The position numbers and the translations under genes are program-made. 64,000 bases of DNA. Origin: Amphiscolops sp. MND2022 (taxonomy: Eukaryota). The notes below the pieces were generated by a model. It did no database searches and had not been told where the DNA came from. It was given only the letters and a program-made list of their open reading frames with translations. This document shows, one piece after another, positions 21,326 to 35,037 of this stretch; the first letter of the stretch is position 1; each line of letters begins with the position of its first letter. The stretch covers positions 60,946,001 through 61,010,000 of the forward strand of contig OZ076415.1 of assembly GCA_964187785.1 (NCBI GenBank), in the 5' to 3' direction.

Positions 21326-24300
21326 TTGATAATTGAAAGTAGGCAATTAGCCCAAACAGCGTGAACAAAGTCTGTCTAAAACTTCCAGATATTTTCTGAG
21401 CTCTGACGAAGAGCAAACTAGTCACTATAATAGTCGAACACACTCACAAAACACGCCGATTAAAAACAGCTCAGAAAAGGTCACTGATTCTTTTTGCTGG
21501 AACGATTTCTAGTTTTGCCAATACAGTGAGCAGCTTCGGTCAGAAACGTTGTTCTAAACTTTCTTTGCAAATGTTTAGGAAGAGTGAATGATATGAAATC
21601 TTTACGAAGTTTGGAGCAATACTCAAGATTGTTGAAAACATTTGCAGGGGTTAACAGATTTCTTGAAACCACTTGTCAGCTTTAAACACGATTAAATAAG
21701 AGGCCTATCAGAAAGAAAACTGAGTGAAGACTGCGATGCCTCATTAATTTCCGCCCATAGTCCATAATAATTTCCATATTCCATATATTCCAGTAAAATT
21801 TTCCCTAGACTTCGTGGACTAGAAAAATAAAACCCTAAACATCTAGAAATTTTGTTGATTCGGCGAGCTTTTGTCAAGAGATAAGTTCAATTCGCAGAAA
21901 GAAAAGGCCTCATATTGACCCTGAAATTTTCGAAAAATTTCGAGTTTTTGTCATTTTTGATGAAATTTCTGTACAATTTCCGAGAGATTTTGTTATAAGC
22001 TCTAACACAATCAAAAACGGAAGAGCGAGCTATGCATCACATTTTTTCAAGAAAACGTTGCAGCCTTTTGCTTCAAGAAATCTTCAGAATGGCTCAAAAT
22101 GAGTCAAAAACTTCAACATCTTCGTTTTTATGCAACTTATGTGTACTTTTTGAATCGTTTTGAGGTCAAAATTTTGGCAAACGTTCCAGAAAGATTGAAC
22201 TCATAATCCTGTAGACTTTTATTAAACTATTTGCAGACTTTGGTTGGGAAATTTCTGGAAATTGACCGCAAAAAGTCGAAAATGTCGGAGTTATTGACGA
22301 TTTTCGACGGTTTTCAGTGAATTTCTAGTCAAAATTAAAAATTATTTGAAATCAATATGAGATTTGATTTCAATCAGATAAAAGCTTCGAAAAGCTCCAA
22401 GTAATAAAACAAGGCCCACAGCACCAAAGAGAAAGTTCCATATTTTATGTGAGAAAGTATCCTCCTAAAAGAATGACCCAAATAATGCAAAAAGTGAGAA
22501 TTTTCAGGATTTTTCCGTTTTAGGCAGCTTTTGTACATTTTTTGAACTACTTGCTGACAAAAAGGTTCTAAAGATTCAACAATGACTAATCCTGCTATCC
22601 AGTAGGCAATTTGTTTAGACAATTTAACCGCAATTTTTTGTTGAAATTAGACTCAAAACACCCCAAAACCCACGAAACTACAAAGAAGCAAGTTTTTGAC
22701 AAATCAAACCCAACTTTTGTTCAAATAAAGGAAGTTTTTGTGGAATAGAACTTCCATTATCCTGAGCGTTGAAACAATAGGGTATTCGAAACACAGTTTG
22801 GGAAAAAGTGGGATGAAGTTCATCGAGTTTACAACAAAGGTGTCGAAACATCCGAATTTTGACAACCTAGTTTCAATTTCGGACGCTTTTCGAAAATTTA
22901 TTTCAGCCAGAAAACACATAGACTCAAGATTGAAAAGTGTAGCTACAGGTAGTGTTTTGAAAAGATATTAGACAAACTTGTTTGCACAATTTTTACTAAC
23001 TTTACTTGAAAACGTAAATTTCGACCTTATTTATCAAATAATTAATTGTCAAAAAGCTCCAAGCAAAATGACTAGATATGCAGGACACCTTCCAAAAGAC
23101 AATGTTTTGAGTGGCTTCGTGGGCTAAAATGGTGTAAACATTCAACAACAACTAAGCTCGGTGTCCAGTATGTTTATTTCCGAAGAGACATCTGTATATT
23201 TATGTTAGAAAAGTCCCTCAAATTGACCTCAAAAATGTCAAAATTTTTCCAAATTTTGAAAATCGTGGTGAAACTTTGCACAATAATATAACAAACTGCG
23301 AACGCCCAAGTTTCTATAACTTGCCAAGGACCAAGTTTTATGCTTTTACCATTTTCTCTGTTCCAAAAAATACCCCAAGAAAAACGCCAGAGACTCAGAA
23401 ACCTTTTCTTCCCCAACATTGGAATCACAAAAAATCCTATTTCGTGAAATTTTTCCAGGTAAAGTTCTATAATGTCGAAACAAGTTTCAGCTCGCAAATT
23501 TAATTTTTTTCAAGACGAAATTATCTATGAAAGCAGAACCCTTAGACCAATTGAAAGTTTCGGAAAGACGCACAGAGTCGAAAAAAGTGAATTGCGGTGT
23601 TTTCCACATTCAGTAGGAAAACTCGTCAGTTACACATGAACAAAAGTCACAAGGAGGTCACCCACAAAACTCGGGAAACTTATTTCCTTTACAGAAAAAA
23701 ATCAAGAACTAAAAATTGCGAAAAATTTTTTCGAACATTTTTCCGAAAAATTTCTCTTTATTCGGTAAGTCGCTCAGTGCCGAAAAAAAAAAGAAAAGTC
23801 GCCAGCAATCGCAGAAATAACAAAAAATTAGGTGTTTCCTTAAAAAATGGGCTAAGATGAATCAAAGCTCTCTTCTTCGAACTTTTATGTAGTTGTAGAA
23901 AAGTTTGGCGCGGGAAGTATCTCGCTGCTCAGTGGGCGTCTTGTTGAAAACAAAATGAGTGACGCAAAAATGCGATCTTCAAAATTGTCGTTCATATAGT
24001 TTTTTGATACTTTTAGCTATAAAAATGTTTTCGGCCGCTTTGGAATTTTTTGCACTGTGCGACTTTTTCCGATAAATTTTTCATTTCACGAAAGGTTCTT
24101 GCTTTGGTTTTTGATTTTCTGTGATCGGTGATCAAGTCAGTGCAGTAAGCTACAGGTGTTTAGTGTGGGATATTACTTTTCGAAAAAAGCAAGAAAAACA
24201 GCCTGCAAAACTGAGGCAGTAAACGATGTTTTCAAAAGTGTTCATGGACTTCGAAAACACACTCGTATGCAACGGCCGAGGTACCTCAAATTTCCGAGAC

Positions 24301-27300
24301 AGAAAAAAGGAATGACAGAAACTGACATCCAGTAGTTTGGAAAAAATTTAACAAAAAAAATCAGGTGGTTCGCGTACGGGCACAGAGGTGTTCAAAAACT
24401 GATGGTAAAGGAAATCGTCGGTTTCGCAAATCGCATTTCTGTTGAAGTTCAGCTCTTTCTAGATGACAAACATGGCAGTTAATAGAGAAAGATAACTTTC
24501 TTCTGTGTAACCTTCACAATAGCATCGAGTGAACCTTTCTGATGTGTAAAAGGCTGAGGCCTGTCAAAATTTTGTGCGCAAAGCTGAAACACATAGGATT
24601 TTGTTAATTTCTTAAGAAACGTAAAATCTTCGTTTCACTCGCGGATTATTCGTTTCCTCCACAGTTTGTGCTCCATTTACACTCAATTCATATGCTCCCA
24701 CTTGGTATAAGGGTTAACTCGATTTTCCGTACAAGGTGAATGTGTTGCTCTCTGCGTACGTGAGTTCAAAAGCTGCACTAAACCAAAACAATTTTATGCT
24801 TCCAAAAAATACCGAAGGGTTATATCGTTTGTATTTTTTGGCACTCTTCTACTGTTTTTCTGATTCTTGGAATCCGAAGGCGCCTCCTTAATTTTTCAAC
24901 AGAGGCTAAGCGCTTCGCAAGCATAGAGGTCCCTCTTAGGGTTTTCAGCACCGTGCGACTTGAAGAAACTTTTTTTTCGAAAACTTTTGATAATTTCGCA
25001 GAAATTTTTTCCACGTACTCTTTGGTGTTTGGAGGCTTTTTGTTAAGGTAAGCGGTATTCCGAGTTCTAAAGGTGACTTCTTTGGCTAAGGGTGACATCT
25101 GTGGGTCTGATGAGAATATTCTCATTAATTATAGAAGAGACGTTTTTCAGCGCCATGGGGTTTCTTAACGAATTTTTCAATTTTCACTAAAAGTTCGCTT
25201 CTTCGAGTTTTGGATGTTTCCAGTTTAGAAAACTTGTTTTTAATCAGCGTTTTCGAAGAAAAAAGCACGACTCTTACACTGGCTAGTTTTTTTCATCAGT
25301 TCAACGCGATCAGTCCACTTGTGCACTGTGCACTTTATGATAAGTACTTAGTATTTTCTTTTGAACGCATCCAAACCCTTTAATATGAAACAAAATCATT
25401 CCAAAGCAGAAGAGTCCCCCTTTTCCACTTTTTTCGACACTATGTGACATTTTTTGTTTTTGTGAGACTTTTTTTGAAAATATTTCCATGTCTCTAAAGG
25501 GTCCCACTTTCAATTGTTTTAATATTTTGTTGCAGAATCGATGTTGAAAATCCCAAAAGATTCCCCCTTTTACATTTTCTGGCACTATGAGACTGTTCAA
25601 AATTCTCATTTTCCGATTGCTTTATCGGTTTTTGTTTTTGGAGAGGCTTTCGGTTGGTTGTGCAAGATGCATTTTTGCTGTTTCCAGTTGGGGAAAATGT
25701 GATTTTCAAGTCTTATGCGTATCACGTCGGATGGTTTTTGGCCCTGTAAAATTGATCAATTTTAACGATAGTGTCCTTTTGCAAATTTAGTTTTTTGGAC
25801 CTCAGCGGGGCGCAGACTTGAGCTCGGCTTGTTGAGCCTAACGATCCTACCCTTGGGTAATTTTAGCACTATGCAAGTTTTTAAACAAATTTTTTCCGGG
25901 AAAAAGGCAAATTCGTGTTTTTGTGATACTTTCAGATAGGAAACTATTTTTGTAATCCTGAAAAGCTTTTCTTGGGATTTTTTAAATAGCGTACAAAAAT
26001 ATTGCAGTGCCAATCATTCATTATTTCATAATGCCACATTGTTTCATATCGGCCACTCAGACCGATACACGTGGTTTTGCAAGTAAGTGTGAGCTAAGGT
26101 TAGCATTGTAGAACTGTTGGGAGAGATTCCTGATTTGGGACCATGAATTGCCATGTGCTGGCTGTAGGACGTTCTAAAATTCTTGGGTGAAACTGCACAA
26201 AGTTCCAATGCAGTATTTTCTGTCAAAAATGAACATTGCACTGAATTGCAATATTTTCATTCAAAGTTGAACATTGTGCCGAATTGCATAGTTTCAAACA
26301 TGTTGCCAAGCGTGTTGGGGTAATGATTGCCTACGAATGGTCGTGATCGATCAGTGCGTAGTGAAAAGGAAGTCAGACCGTTCTCGATTTCTTTGGAGAT
26401 GTTTTTTGTGGACCATCAAAAAAGAAAACTTTCCGTGCATGTAGTTGATGTGATGCCTTTGCTCTATTTTTCCGAAACGCAGGACGTTTCGCAGAAAGTG
26501 GATCAAAGGAAGCACTACTGATCACTTTAAGCCATCGTTCTGTCTTGAATCAATTCTTTGGCGGATCAATTCAAGGGGGGAGTTCATTGAAATCAAGTTG
26601 GCTTTCCGATATCAACGGGATGACTTGGAGTAATGATTGATACCATGTGCATTCAGAGAAACATCAGCTGATATGCCATCGAAAAGTTTTAGAGCTGATG
26701 ACTTGCAAATAAGCTTCCTAATTGACAATAAATACAAACCATTGGGGGGGGAGGCCAATGATCTGAGAAACCTCAGTCTAGTGAAAAATCTCAGTCCAGA
26801 TTGGTTTCTTTTGTTTCAGTTTGTATATATTTCGGTTTTGATTCCAATCAAATAATCTTTTCTTTTCTAATAGTAGATTGCAGACAATATTCTTAAGGCA
26901 TATTGAGTTAGCTCTTAGGTAGAAGGGCATTAGAAATTTTTGAAGGCCTCGCGGAAAAAACTGCCTTCAGAAGACAGTAATTGGCAACAAATGGGTCTCG
27001 CAGTAAAACAAAATTAAGCACCCGCAAGAAATTGAGGCATCTTACGAACAAATAATTCGTCTAAACATCGAGGGAATTCGATTGGAAACACTTCTTTTTC
27101 AAAGCATACAGCGCCCGGTAAATATACCATCAGACAGGTAATAGATTATTAGTCGAGGAAAAAGTCAATTCAGTTCGAATGGCAAAGTTATCAAGATGAA
27201 AACGTTGAAAACACAGTTAAGTCAGGTTGGAGCGAAAATGAGGGCTGTGGTTATTCTCATTCAGAACGCACAGATACTGTCAAACGTTTCAGCTGAGACC

Positions 27301-27758
27301 AGTATTTTATACGTATAAAAATTATTATTCCAGGTTTCAGCTTAAACACGTACGTTCCTCATTTTTTAGTCGACGGGTAGTCAAAGAGCCGACTATAGGC
27401 ATGGCTTTTCGTCAGTGTTTTTTTAAAGACCACCTGAAGTGACCAAAATAGTTCTACCGAAAGTTCTACAAAATTTCAAATTTCACCTGTTGGCCCAGGG
27501 TACTAAACCAAAAAGGTTTTTCGTTTTTTCCGCGTAACATACATTACCGACCGAGACTAAAGGGTTCCCCCTTTCAATTTTTTTTGGCATCGTGCGACCT
27601 TTTCGAATTTTTTTTCCATCAAACGGTCCCCCTTTCATTTTTTTAGTTTTGCGACAAAATGGATGTTGAAAAATCCCAAAGGGTCCTCCCTTTCAGTTTT
27701 TTTTTCGGCATTGTGAGACTTTTTTCAAAAACAATTTGGGTGCTATAGAAGAATACTC

Positions 27759-27830
27759 TGACACTTTGAAGTCCTTTTGCTATTTTTGAGCCTTAGATAT
27801 GGCGCCGACATGGGCCGTTCCCGGTTTGTT
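27759..27830 (+). repeat. Dispersed repeat terminus (also 31787-31857 plus and 38022-38075 minus)
   Basis: TTTGAAGTCCTTTTGCTATTTTTGAGCCTT(A/G)GATATGGCGCCGAC is near-identical at three loci. Confidence 0.85.
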
Positions 27831-27989
27831 AACAATATTGATTCCGCACCAGCGTAACAGTCCAATGTCCACAATGTCCAAAGCCGCTTTAGAGGAACCT
27901 TGACGTCGGCTTGGACGGCCTGACTTTATTGTCAACAGTTTTTCGACAAAGTTGGCACTTTCGGAACGCTGAATTTCAAAACCACGACG

Positions 27990-28720
27990 GCTTTTCAAAT
28001 GAAAAGTTATCAATTCCAATCATCATACTGATTTGGTTGTTGGAAAAGATGGAAACGAGAAACTGTTCAAATACCTTTATCCTTCTCACACAATGTGTTC
28101 AAAGACGCGGGTGATCAATGTCCAAAGTTTTTCCAGTAAAATGTTTGTCCGTGAAGCGAGACTCCGCGGCGAAGCCTTTGATCAAACACTTCACGGGTAT
28201 CCCTCAAGTTCCACAGATTTTAGGATGTCTTTGACAAAGATATGCTCGGCTGGTTGCGATAGTCGAAAATAATAATTCAGTTTGTTAGCTGACTCTAGAG
28301 AAAAGCTGCATGCGCTGTCCATGTCGAGCAAAGCGTATACGCTGAGATTGGAATAGTTTGAATTCACTGATATGAGCAAGACTTTTCGTAATTTTTGAAG
28401 TTTACAAGATTGAGCGCGTTGTGGGTCGTCGTCAGAAGGTTTTTTATGTACAAATGGGTGATGCCTAGCGTTACAAGATTTAGGTCAAGATGGGCTCTTT
28501 TACGCTCCCTTACGATGTGTCGAAAGCAGTTTAAAAATTCGTTAATTCAAAGCATTTAACTTTCCGGTTTGCATTTTTTGGACTTTTTCGATGAAAGTTT
28601 CACAGTGTCCAAGGTAGTAATTTGAATTCTCGATGGGCCGTTTTGGTTGGTCAGGTCGCATAGATTGAGGACTATGACGAGGACGGTCTTCAAATGTTTT
28701 GCTAGGGTTGATTAATCTAT
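27990..28720 (-). mobile_element. BEL/Pao LTR retrotransposon relic (gag knuckles and protease region)
   Basis: Minus-strand fragments YYLGHCETF, RHHPFVH and YALLDMDSACS (degenerate D-S/T-G protease) in BEL order. Boundaries approximate. Confidence 0.55.
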
Positions 28721-29231
28721 TTTTGGAATCTCATCACAAGCTACTGCAAATTGGGATATCCATGGATCCATGGATTGAACTCGAAAAAGGTAGCACGGGT
28801 TGTTGTTGCACAATTGATGTTGCACAATACAATTGTTCCAACGACGGTGTTATGTCATAAACAACTTATTTGCTGCAATTTCAATGTATAACGTTGAATG
28901 GTGATCATTGTCAAAACCCGAAAAAAAAACGAAAGATATCCACTGAATTGTTGACAAAAGTAGAAACTTCCATGAAAAATGACACAAAGGCAGATAATGT
29001 ACACATTAATGACAAAGGTTTCAGAATGAAACCAAATCTTAAGAAAAAGATCGGTGTCGGGTCACAAGTCCGAAAGAATAAAATTGAATTTTTAACGTCC
29101 AATAAGATTTCAGAAATACAGCATAAGAAATACTTAGCACTGTATAATTCTCTGCAATCTGATTGGCTGACGTGGGCGGACCGGAACGAAGTCCGTTCAA
29201 AGATTTCAAAAATGAATTTTTCAATTTCCCC

Positions 29232-29371
29232 TAGTCAGCTATGTTCACATACTCCTAGTTCCCTAAATGCAGGAGCGAAGCGAAGCGGAGCGACGTGCCA
29301 TATGGCCATGCCTCAATGTTGCTACTTGGCGAAGGGAGCGAAGCGACCGAGCCATACAACAAATATGAAGC
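29232..29371 (+). repeat. Dispersed GCGAAG-rich repeat (copies 54121-54237 and 49300-49343, minus)
   Basis: TAGTCAGCTATGTTCACATAC...CCCTAAATGCAGGAGCG...CATACAACAAATATGAA is shared with the reverse-complement copies. Confidence 0.85.
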
Positions 29372-29375
29372 ATTT

Positions 29376-29470
29376 TTTCGGACTTGTGCAACCCAAATTC
29401 ATTTTCGGACTTGTGCAACCCAATATTATTTTCGGACTTGTGCAACCCAAATTTATTTTCGGACTTGTGA
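29376..29470. repeat. 27 bp minisatellite, ~3.5 units
   Basis: TTTTCGGACTTGTGCAACCCAAATTCA units. Confidence 0.9.
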
Positions 29471-30131
29471 ATAACCGCCAAAAGATCGTTCGAAATCGAA
29501 ATCAATGCAGCTCTAGACACTGCGAGTTATTATATATTTGTTCAGCGAAGTGTCGAATTAGATCAACAAGAATTTCCCACTGCTAATTAAAATAAACCTC
29601 CATACGTTCCAATGCTTCAACGGTGTAAAACAACTTGCTCACTTCAACACGCCAACTGCACATTTCATGCCCTATCTAAACTTGCTAAATACATGTACCT
29701 AGTTAAATTCTACGTGCTTACTGTTAAGATACTGAATAAAATTTTCCCATCCGAGATGTTTGAAATTTTGCATTTCCAGCTAAAACTGTTTTACGATCTT
29801 CCTTCACCTTTTTTGATTTTGCAAAGCAAAATGGGCCCGTTGTCACGAATCCCTCCTTCATCAATTGACTTTTTCAACAACTTCATGATGACTTCAATGT
29901 ATGATTCAGTTTTACATACTTTTTTCGCACTTTCACGACTTAATCAGATTGGTTCTTTTTTTTTACTTTTCGCACTTGAACATTACTTTTAAACTGCAGT
30001 GAAAGTACTGAACTAAAAAAAACACTGAATTATATCTTTGTTATTAAAAACAAAATCTTGGTTTTAAAACAAAGCAGTGTATTACGCTAAAAAAAATTCA
30101 GGTTAATCATAAGTATTGAAATGGCAGGGGT

Positions 30132-30614
30132 TTAATGAAATTTAAAATCTTTCCAACACTTTTTGTTATATTCGGGAAGGTTTAGTTCGTTTCTGAATTT
30201 TTCCAGAAATAACCTTTTCATTTTCGCTTTTATTGTTTGATATGAATGTCGTTCGGTTCTCAAATTTTTCGGTAGGTTGTTCCATATTGGGATCACTTTG
30301 TTGAAAAAGCTATTTTCAATGAAGATACTGTTTCTTTTGATATCGAGGTAGATTTGATCCGTTCTTTTATGTTCTCTGAAAACCGCAGTAGTTGGTCTAT
30401 TATCATTCGTTAAAGAAGGAACCATGTTGTGACAGAATTTCCAAAAAAACAAAGCCGATTTTAATTTCAAGAAATATCGTATAGGTAGTATCTCATGTAA
30501 AAGTTTCAGATCCGCTGAGTGATCACATTTTCTCCTATTAAAACACGCTTTAACCGCCCAGCTCAGTTGTTTTTCCAAAGTTGTCAACAGATTTTCTGAA
30601 ACTCCATTAAGCAA
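30132..30614 (-). mobile_element. 3' fragment of a CR1/L2-type LINE ORF2
   Basis: FFNKVIPIWNNLPKNL C-terminal motif; 5'-truncated. Confidence 0.7.
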
Positions 30615-33428
30615 GATAGCAGAATAATGAACATGACTGATAATGTGATAAAGTGAACATGCTGATATTATAAAAATAACGAAAAGTGACTTTTTACAAA
30701 CGCATTTCTACCTGATAACTGCATTCTTTTTCCCATACCAAAAAAGCGTAACGCAGTCTCAGTTTTTCTTTTGATTGACTAGCTGCTGGTTCAAAAAATT
30801 CAAAAACAAATACGTAGATAGTCTATTTATGGTGCAATGCATTTTTGGGCTTGGGATTAAGCTGAATCTGATTTCCTCAAGCTGAAGCTGCTGCGAAGAT
30901 GTTGAACAGTTTTTTCAAGTTACGTCAGAATGGCAGTGATGCGAAATCTGTCACGAGGCAATTCTTAAATACAATTACGTAAAATAGGAAACCGTATGCG
31001 TAGCTGCTAATTAGAATGTCATCATTTTATTTAGTCTTTCTTCACCTCGGGACTGTATATTATAGTCGCCGCAGAAATCTTTCAAAAATGAATAAGAATC
31101 AGAATCAAGATACAGCCTATGTATATATTCAAGACTATATATAGTTTAGCCAATATATTCAAGATAATGTATTCATGTAATTGATTTAAAACAAAGTGCA
31201 CCGAAAAATGAGTCGTGTTTGCCAGCTGTCCAATTTCTGTAAAAAAAGCGGCTTTGTTTCGTTTTAACGCTGATGAAGTCAAGTAGAATAATCTGCATTG
31301 TTTCTCTTCGATTACCTCATTTTTATTGCTCTCACTGGGGGAACGAATTGGGCCATGGAAATTGTATTTTCTGTAACAATTTCAGTCCTCAAAGCAATTT
31401 AGAAAATATAAAAATAGAATCTATGTAAGAAACTAGACTCGTCGCCTGTTGAGTCATACAATAATAGACTGTGGTACCAAAAAGCTAGACAGTTGATATC
31501 ACAGGGAGTCTCAGATTTTGATCAAAAATACAACGATAGCTGTTTTGAAATAAACAAGACAAGACGGAAATGTCTCAAGTCGGCTCCCCACTTCAGGCTA
31601 AAAAAGCGCAAACTTTCCTAGGTATTCGTTTAGTTGAACGAACCGAACAAAAATTTCGTCGCATTCTAGTCTGTTTTATAGAAAAAAAACAAAAAAAACG
31701 AGTCACTTCAACAGTCGGGCTCTTTTATTACATAAAAGCGCCGATTAAAAGAGAAATTTCAAAAAAAGTTAGTTTTTGAATGTTTTTGACAATTTGAAGT
31801 CCTTTTGCTATTTTTGAGCCTTGGATATGGCGCCGACTTATGCCCTTCCGGTTTGTTCTAGATGACATTGACATTTTGTCGAATCAAAATTTTTCGGATC
31901 AAAGTTGAAGAATTCGCATTTTGAGTTCTTTTAGCGCAGTATTTTCATGAGGAGGACATTTTCAGAAAAAATGTGAATTCAAATGTTAGAAATCTGAATC
32001 AAAGGTAATGTTTGTCCGAGACATTTATTTGTTACGAAGACAGGCTTTACAGATAAAGAATGATAAATTTTGAATGATGCAAACAGTAACAGAAAAGCTT
32101 TGCATTTTTTGTGTTTGAAAAAACAAGACGTGAAAGTTAGATGGTAGTGAGATACCTTATTTTCGTCCATGCGAACCTCTGCCTCCCTTTTTTTCATTTT
32201 TTCATTTTAAACGCGTTTGGAGCGTTTGTTTACATGTATTTGGAAGTCCATGAAACATTATCTAAAAAGAGTTGAATATATAGTTTCTATCCATGTCGCT
32301 TGTACATTGCGTGGGTTCCGCTTCAAATAAATCGGTGTTTGTCAACAAGATTATTGCAGGTAAGACCCCTGAACATTGCAAGACGACTTTCAAAATTCCA
32401 GAACCAATCAGATGAAAGGTTAAATTTTTTGAACAGACCTTCAAAATATACAATTCTTCATTCAAGATTAGTGATTTCTCCGCGTATCACTACTTGAATT
32501 CACCTCAACCTCAATTTTCAATCAAATGTGGCTAAAAACGGCCTATCGTTACTGACAATTTTCATTGCATAATTTTCAATAATTCTAGGTGAACCAAAAA
32601 AAACGGAATGCACAAAAAGTTTTGAGCTCTCAAAGCTTCAAATATTTGTAAACAAACGTTTCACAACTACTTTGAACGCACACAGCTTTCGATCATTCAA
32701 ATTGGCAACTTTTCTTTGAAACAAAAGAATTTTCGAACATCAAAAGTGAGAAAGAAACGACTGGTACGTATGTCTAGACTTTTTCTAAAGGTTTGAACCA
32801 TCCTTAGTTGAAGATCTGATTACGTAACGAGAGTTTCATTTTAATCGATAGACAGAAAATTGATAGAATTTGTGTTTTGTTTGCAAACAATACGATTTTG
32901 GAGACGAAAAATTTTTGTGCGTTCCGTTTTTTGGTTCACCTAGTATTTGTGAACTAGATAAACATTTAGGTAGCTTTCATTTCTAACATTTCTCAGAAAT
33001 CACTGCCGTTTTTTAGGTATTCATTTTGAAAATTGCCTTATGTAACATAAGTTATGTTGGTTCTAGAATCACTACTGTAGTGTCAGCTACCCTACACAAT
33101 AACATAGTCGCTATCTCTTTCTATTGTTAAGATCTTAAAGCTTAGATTTTGTCTGCAGCCGCCTTTCAGAAAAGAAAGTAAAGAAATAAACATTTATAAT
33201 TTAGATATGACACGACTACTGGAACAAAAATATTAAACAATTAATTAGTACTAATTGATCTGAATTTGAATTTGCACTGATTTTCAGATTCCACAAGAAA
33301 TAAAATGAGCCTCAGTCCACCCTTCCAATTTACCATATTCGGAATATTTAGAAAGGATCTTTCTTATGCGTACTTTCAGAAATCAGCAGCAAATTTTCCT
33401 TTTGTTGAGAATGCACATGCATGTAAAT

Positions 33429-33806
33429 CAGGGTTTTGACATGCCAATTTATAAACCTCTAATCGCTTAATCGCTATTTTCGCAATCGCTAAACCGCTTA
33501 TTAGGTGAAGGTCATTTTTTGCTCCTTTCAATTGATTCACAGCCACAGAAGAAAATTGTTTCGGAGTCAGAGCAAAAGACTGACCCCCCAGAAGCTTGCG
33601 GTTGATAATTCATAGAACTGAAACTTTGTATGCAAATTTCTCAGCGGTTTCAGGGAACTCAGACCAAAATCCAATCACTTTTGGGAGAAAACTGTCTTCG
33701 TTCATGCCAGTTATCTCAAAACACCTTGAAGGTGCTGCTCTGTGCACCCTTGAAAAATCGCTAATGAAATTGTTACCGCTTCGCTAATTAGCGGTTCATA
33801 ACCCTG
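33429..33806. mobile_element. hAT-like MITE
   Basis: TIRs CAGGGTTTTGA / TCATAACCCTG; 8 bp flanks ATGTAAAT / ATGTATAT (7 of 8 match). Confidence 0.8.
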
Positions 33807-34607
33807 ATGTATATCCACATCAAAAACATTTGCTACTGAAATTTAAAAGGAAAATTTCCTACACTTGTACATTTATACATTTTTAAACGGGGATGAATTG
33901 ATACAAATCCATGATTGTTCTACAATTTGTAGAAATTTTTTTCGAGAATTAATTGAAAACACTTGATGTACACGAAATTAAAAACGGTATGCTTAATAAT
34001 TTAGTAATGTGGAAATCTGAAAACAAAACGTTGGGAAACTTTTTCAATAAAAATAGGCCGTACTTCACTATTTATGGAATCACTATTTACACAGATAAAC
34101 GAAGTAGAGAAACAGCACTCAGTGCATTGAAATGGACTTTGAAAAATTTGAAAACTAAAAATCCTTGGTTCGTGCAATTAGTTCGACTTCAATTTTCTCA
34201 TTCATCACATCAACTAGCACTCGGGTAGGTAACTATTGTCCATTTAATCATTATTTTCTAAAGCTTTTCAGTGGCTCTGCGCCAAGAACTCCATTTTTTA
34301 AACCTTTAAATGTTCAAAGCCAGGGTTGAAAGTGAGAAGTCAGTTGGAAGCCAGAAACAATTGATTCTTAGATCAAACAACTCATCCACATCAAAAAAGT
34401 GCCTTTTTTGGTTGACTTTGATCTATCATGATTAAAATAGTTTTGATCAAGTTAATTGAAATCTGATTATAATCAGCCGACCCTGTTCAAAGCTGAAAGA
34501 AATGAAGAAAAGTTCAGACAGAAACGAACTTGAGGCTTTTATTACTTCCAATTTGTGGCACATAATCGCTGTACGAAGGGAAGGGTCATTAAATTAAAAG
34601 GTTTATA

Positions 34608-35037
34608 CAGTGTAAGCCGTTTATAACGTCACCGGATATAACGTCAAACGCTTATAGCTTCCCTAATGGAGCCGTCGCGCTGTGATAGAAGTGAATTCCT
34701 TTGAATATAACGTCACTCATTCGGTTATTACGTCACTGAAGTTTTATTAGATGATCAAAATTTGTCGTATTTCGTCACCAGGATTTTATTGCATCCAAGA
34801 AAAATTAAAATTAAAGAGAACCGGTGATTTTGATAAACTTCGGTTTACTCTGCTCAAAAAACAACTGAATTATCGGAAACAAATTAAAATTGGCGATTTT
34901 TCACAACCCAACACAGTTCTGAAACGATTATCGTTTTTCTAATTCTTCGGTTACAAGGTGATTTGGATATAACATCATTTCGACCTGCCCTAGGCCGGCC
35001 GTTGCTATATCCCGGATATAATATCCGGATTACACTG
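34608..35037. mobile_element. pogo/Tigger-like (Tc1/mariner superfamily) MITE
   Basis: TA|CAGTGTAA...TTACACTG|TA with TA duplication; repeated subterminal ATAACGTCA motifs. Confidence 0.8.

Noticed and set aside
21403-21440. CTGACGA as a hammerhead ribozyme core
   Set aside because: No GAAA core partner and no consistent stems.
29376-29470. CRISPR-like array
   Set aside because: Units are head-to-tail with no unique spacers and the context is eukaryotic; the same applies to 42154-42240.
28870-29586. 238 aa ORF
   Set aside because: Spans a dispersed repeat and a 27 bp minisatellite (FGLVQP repeats); no protein motif.
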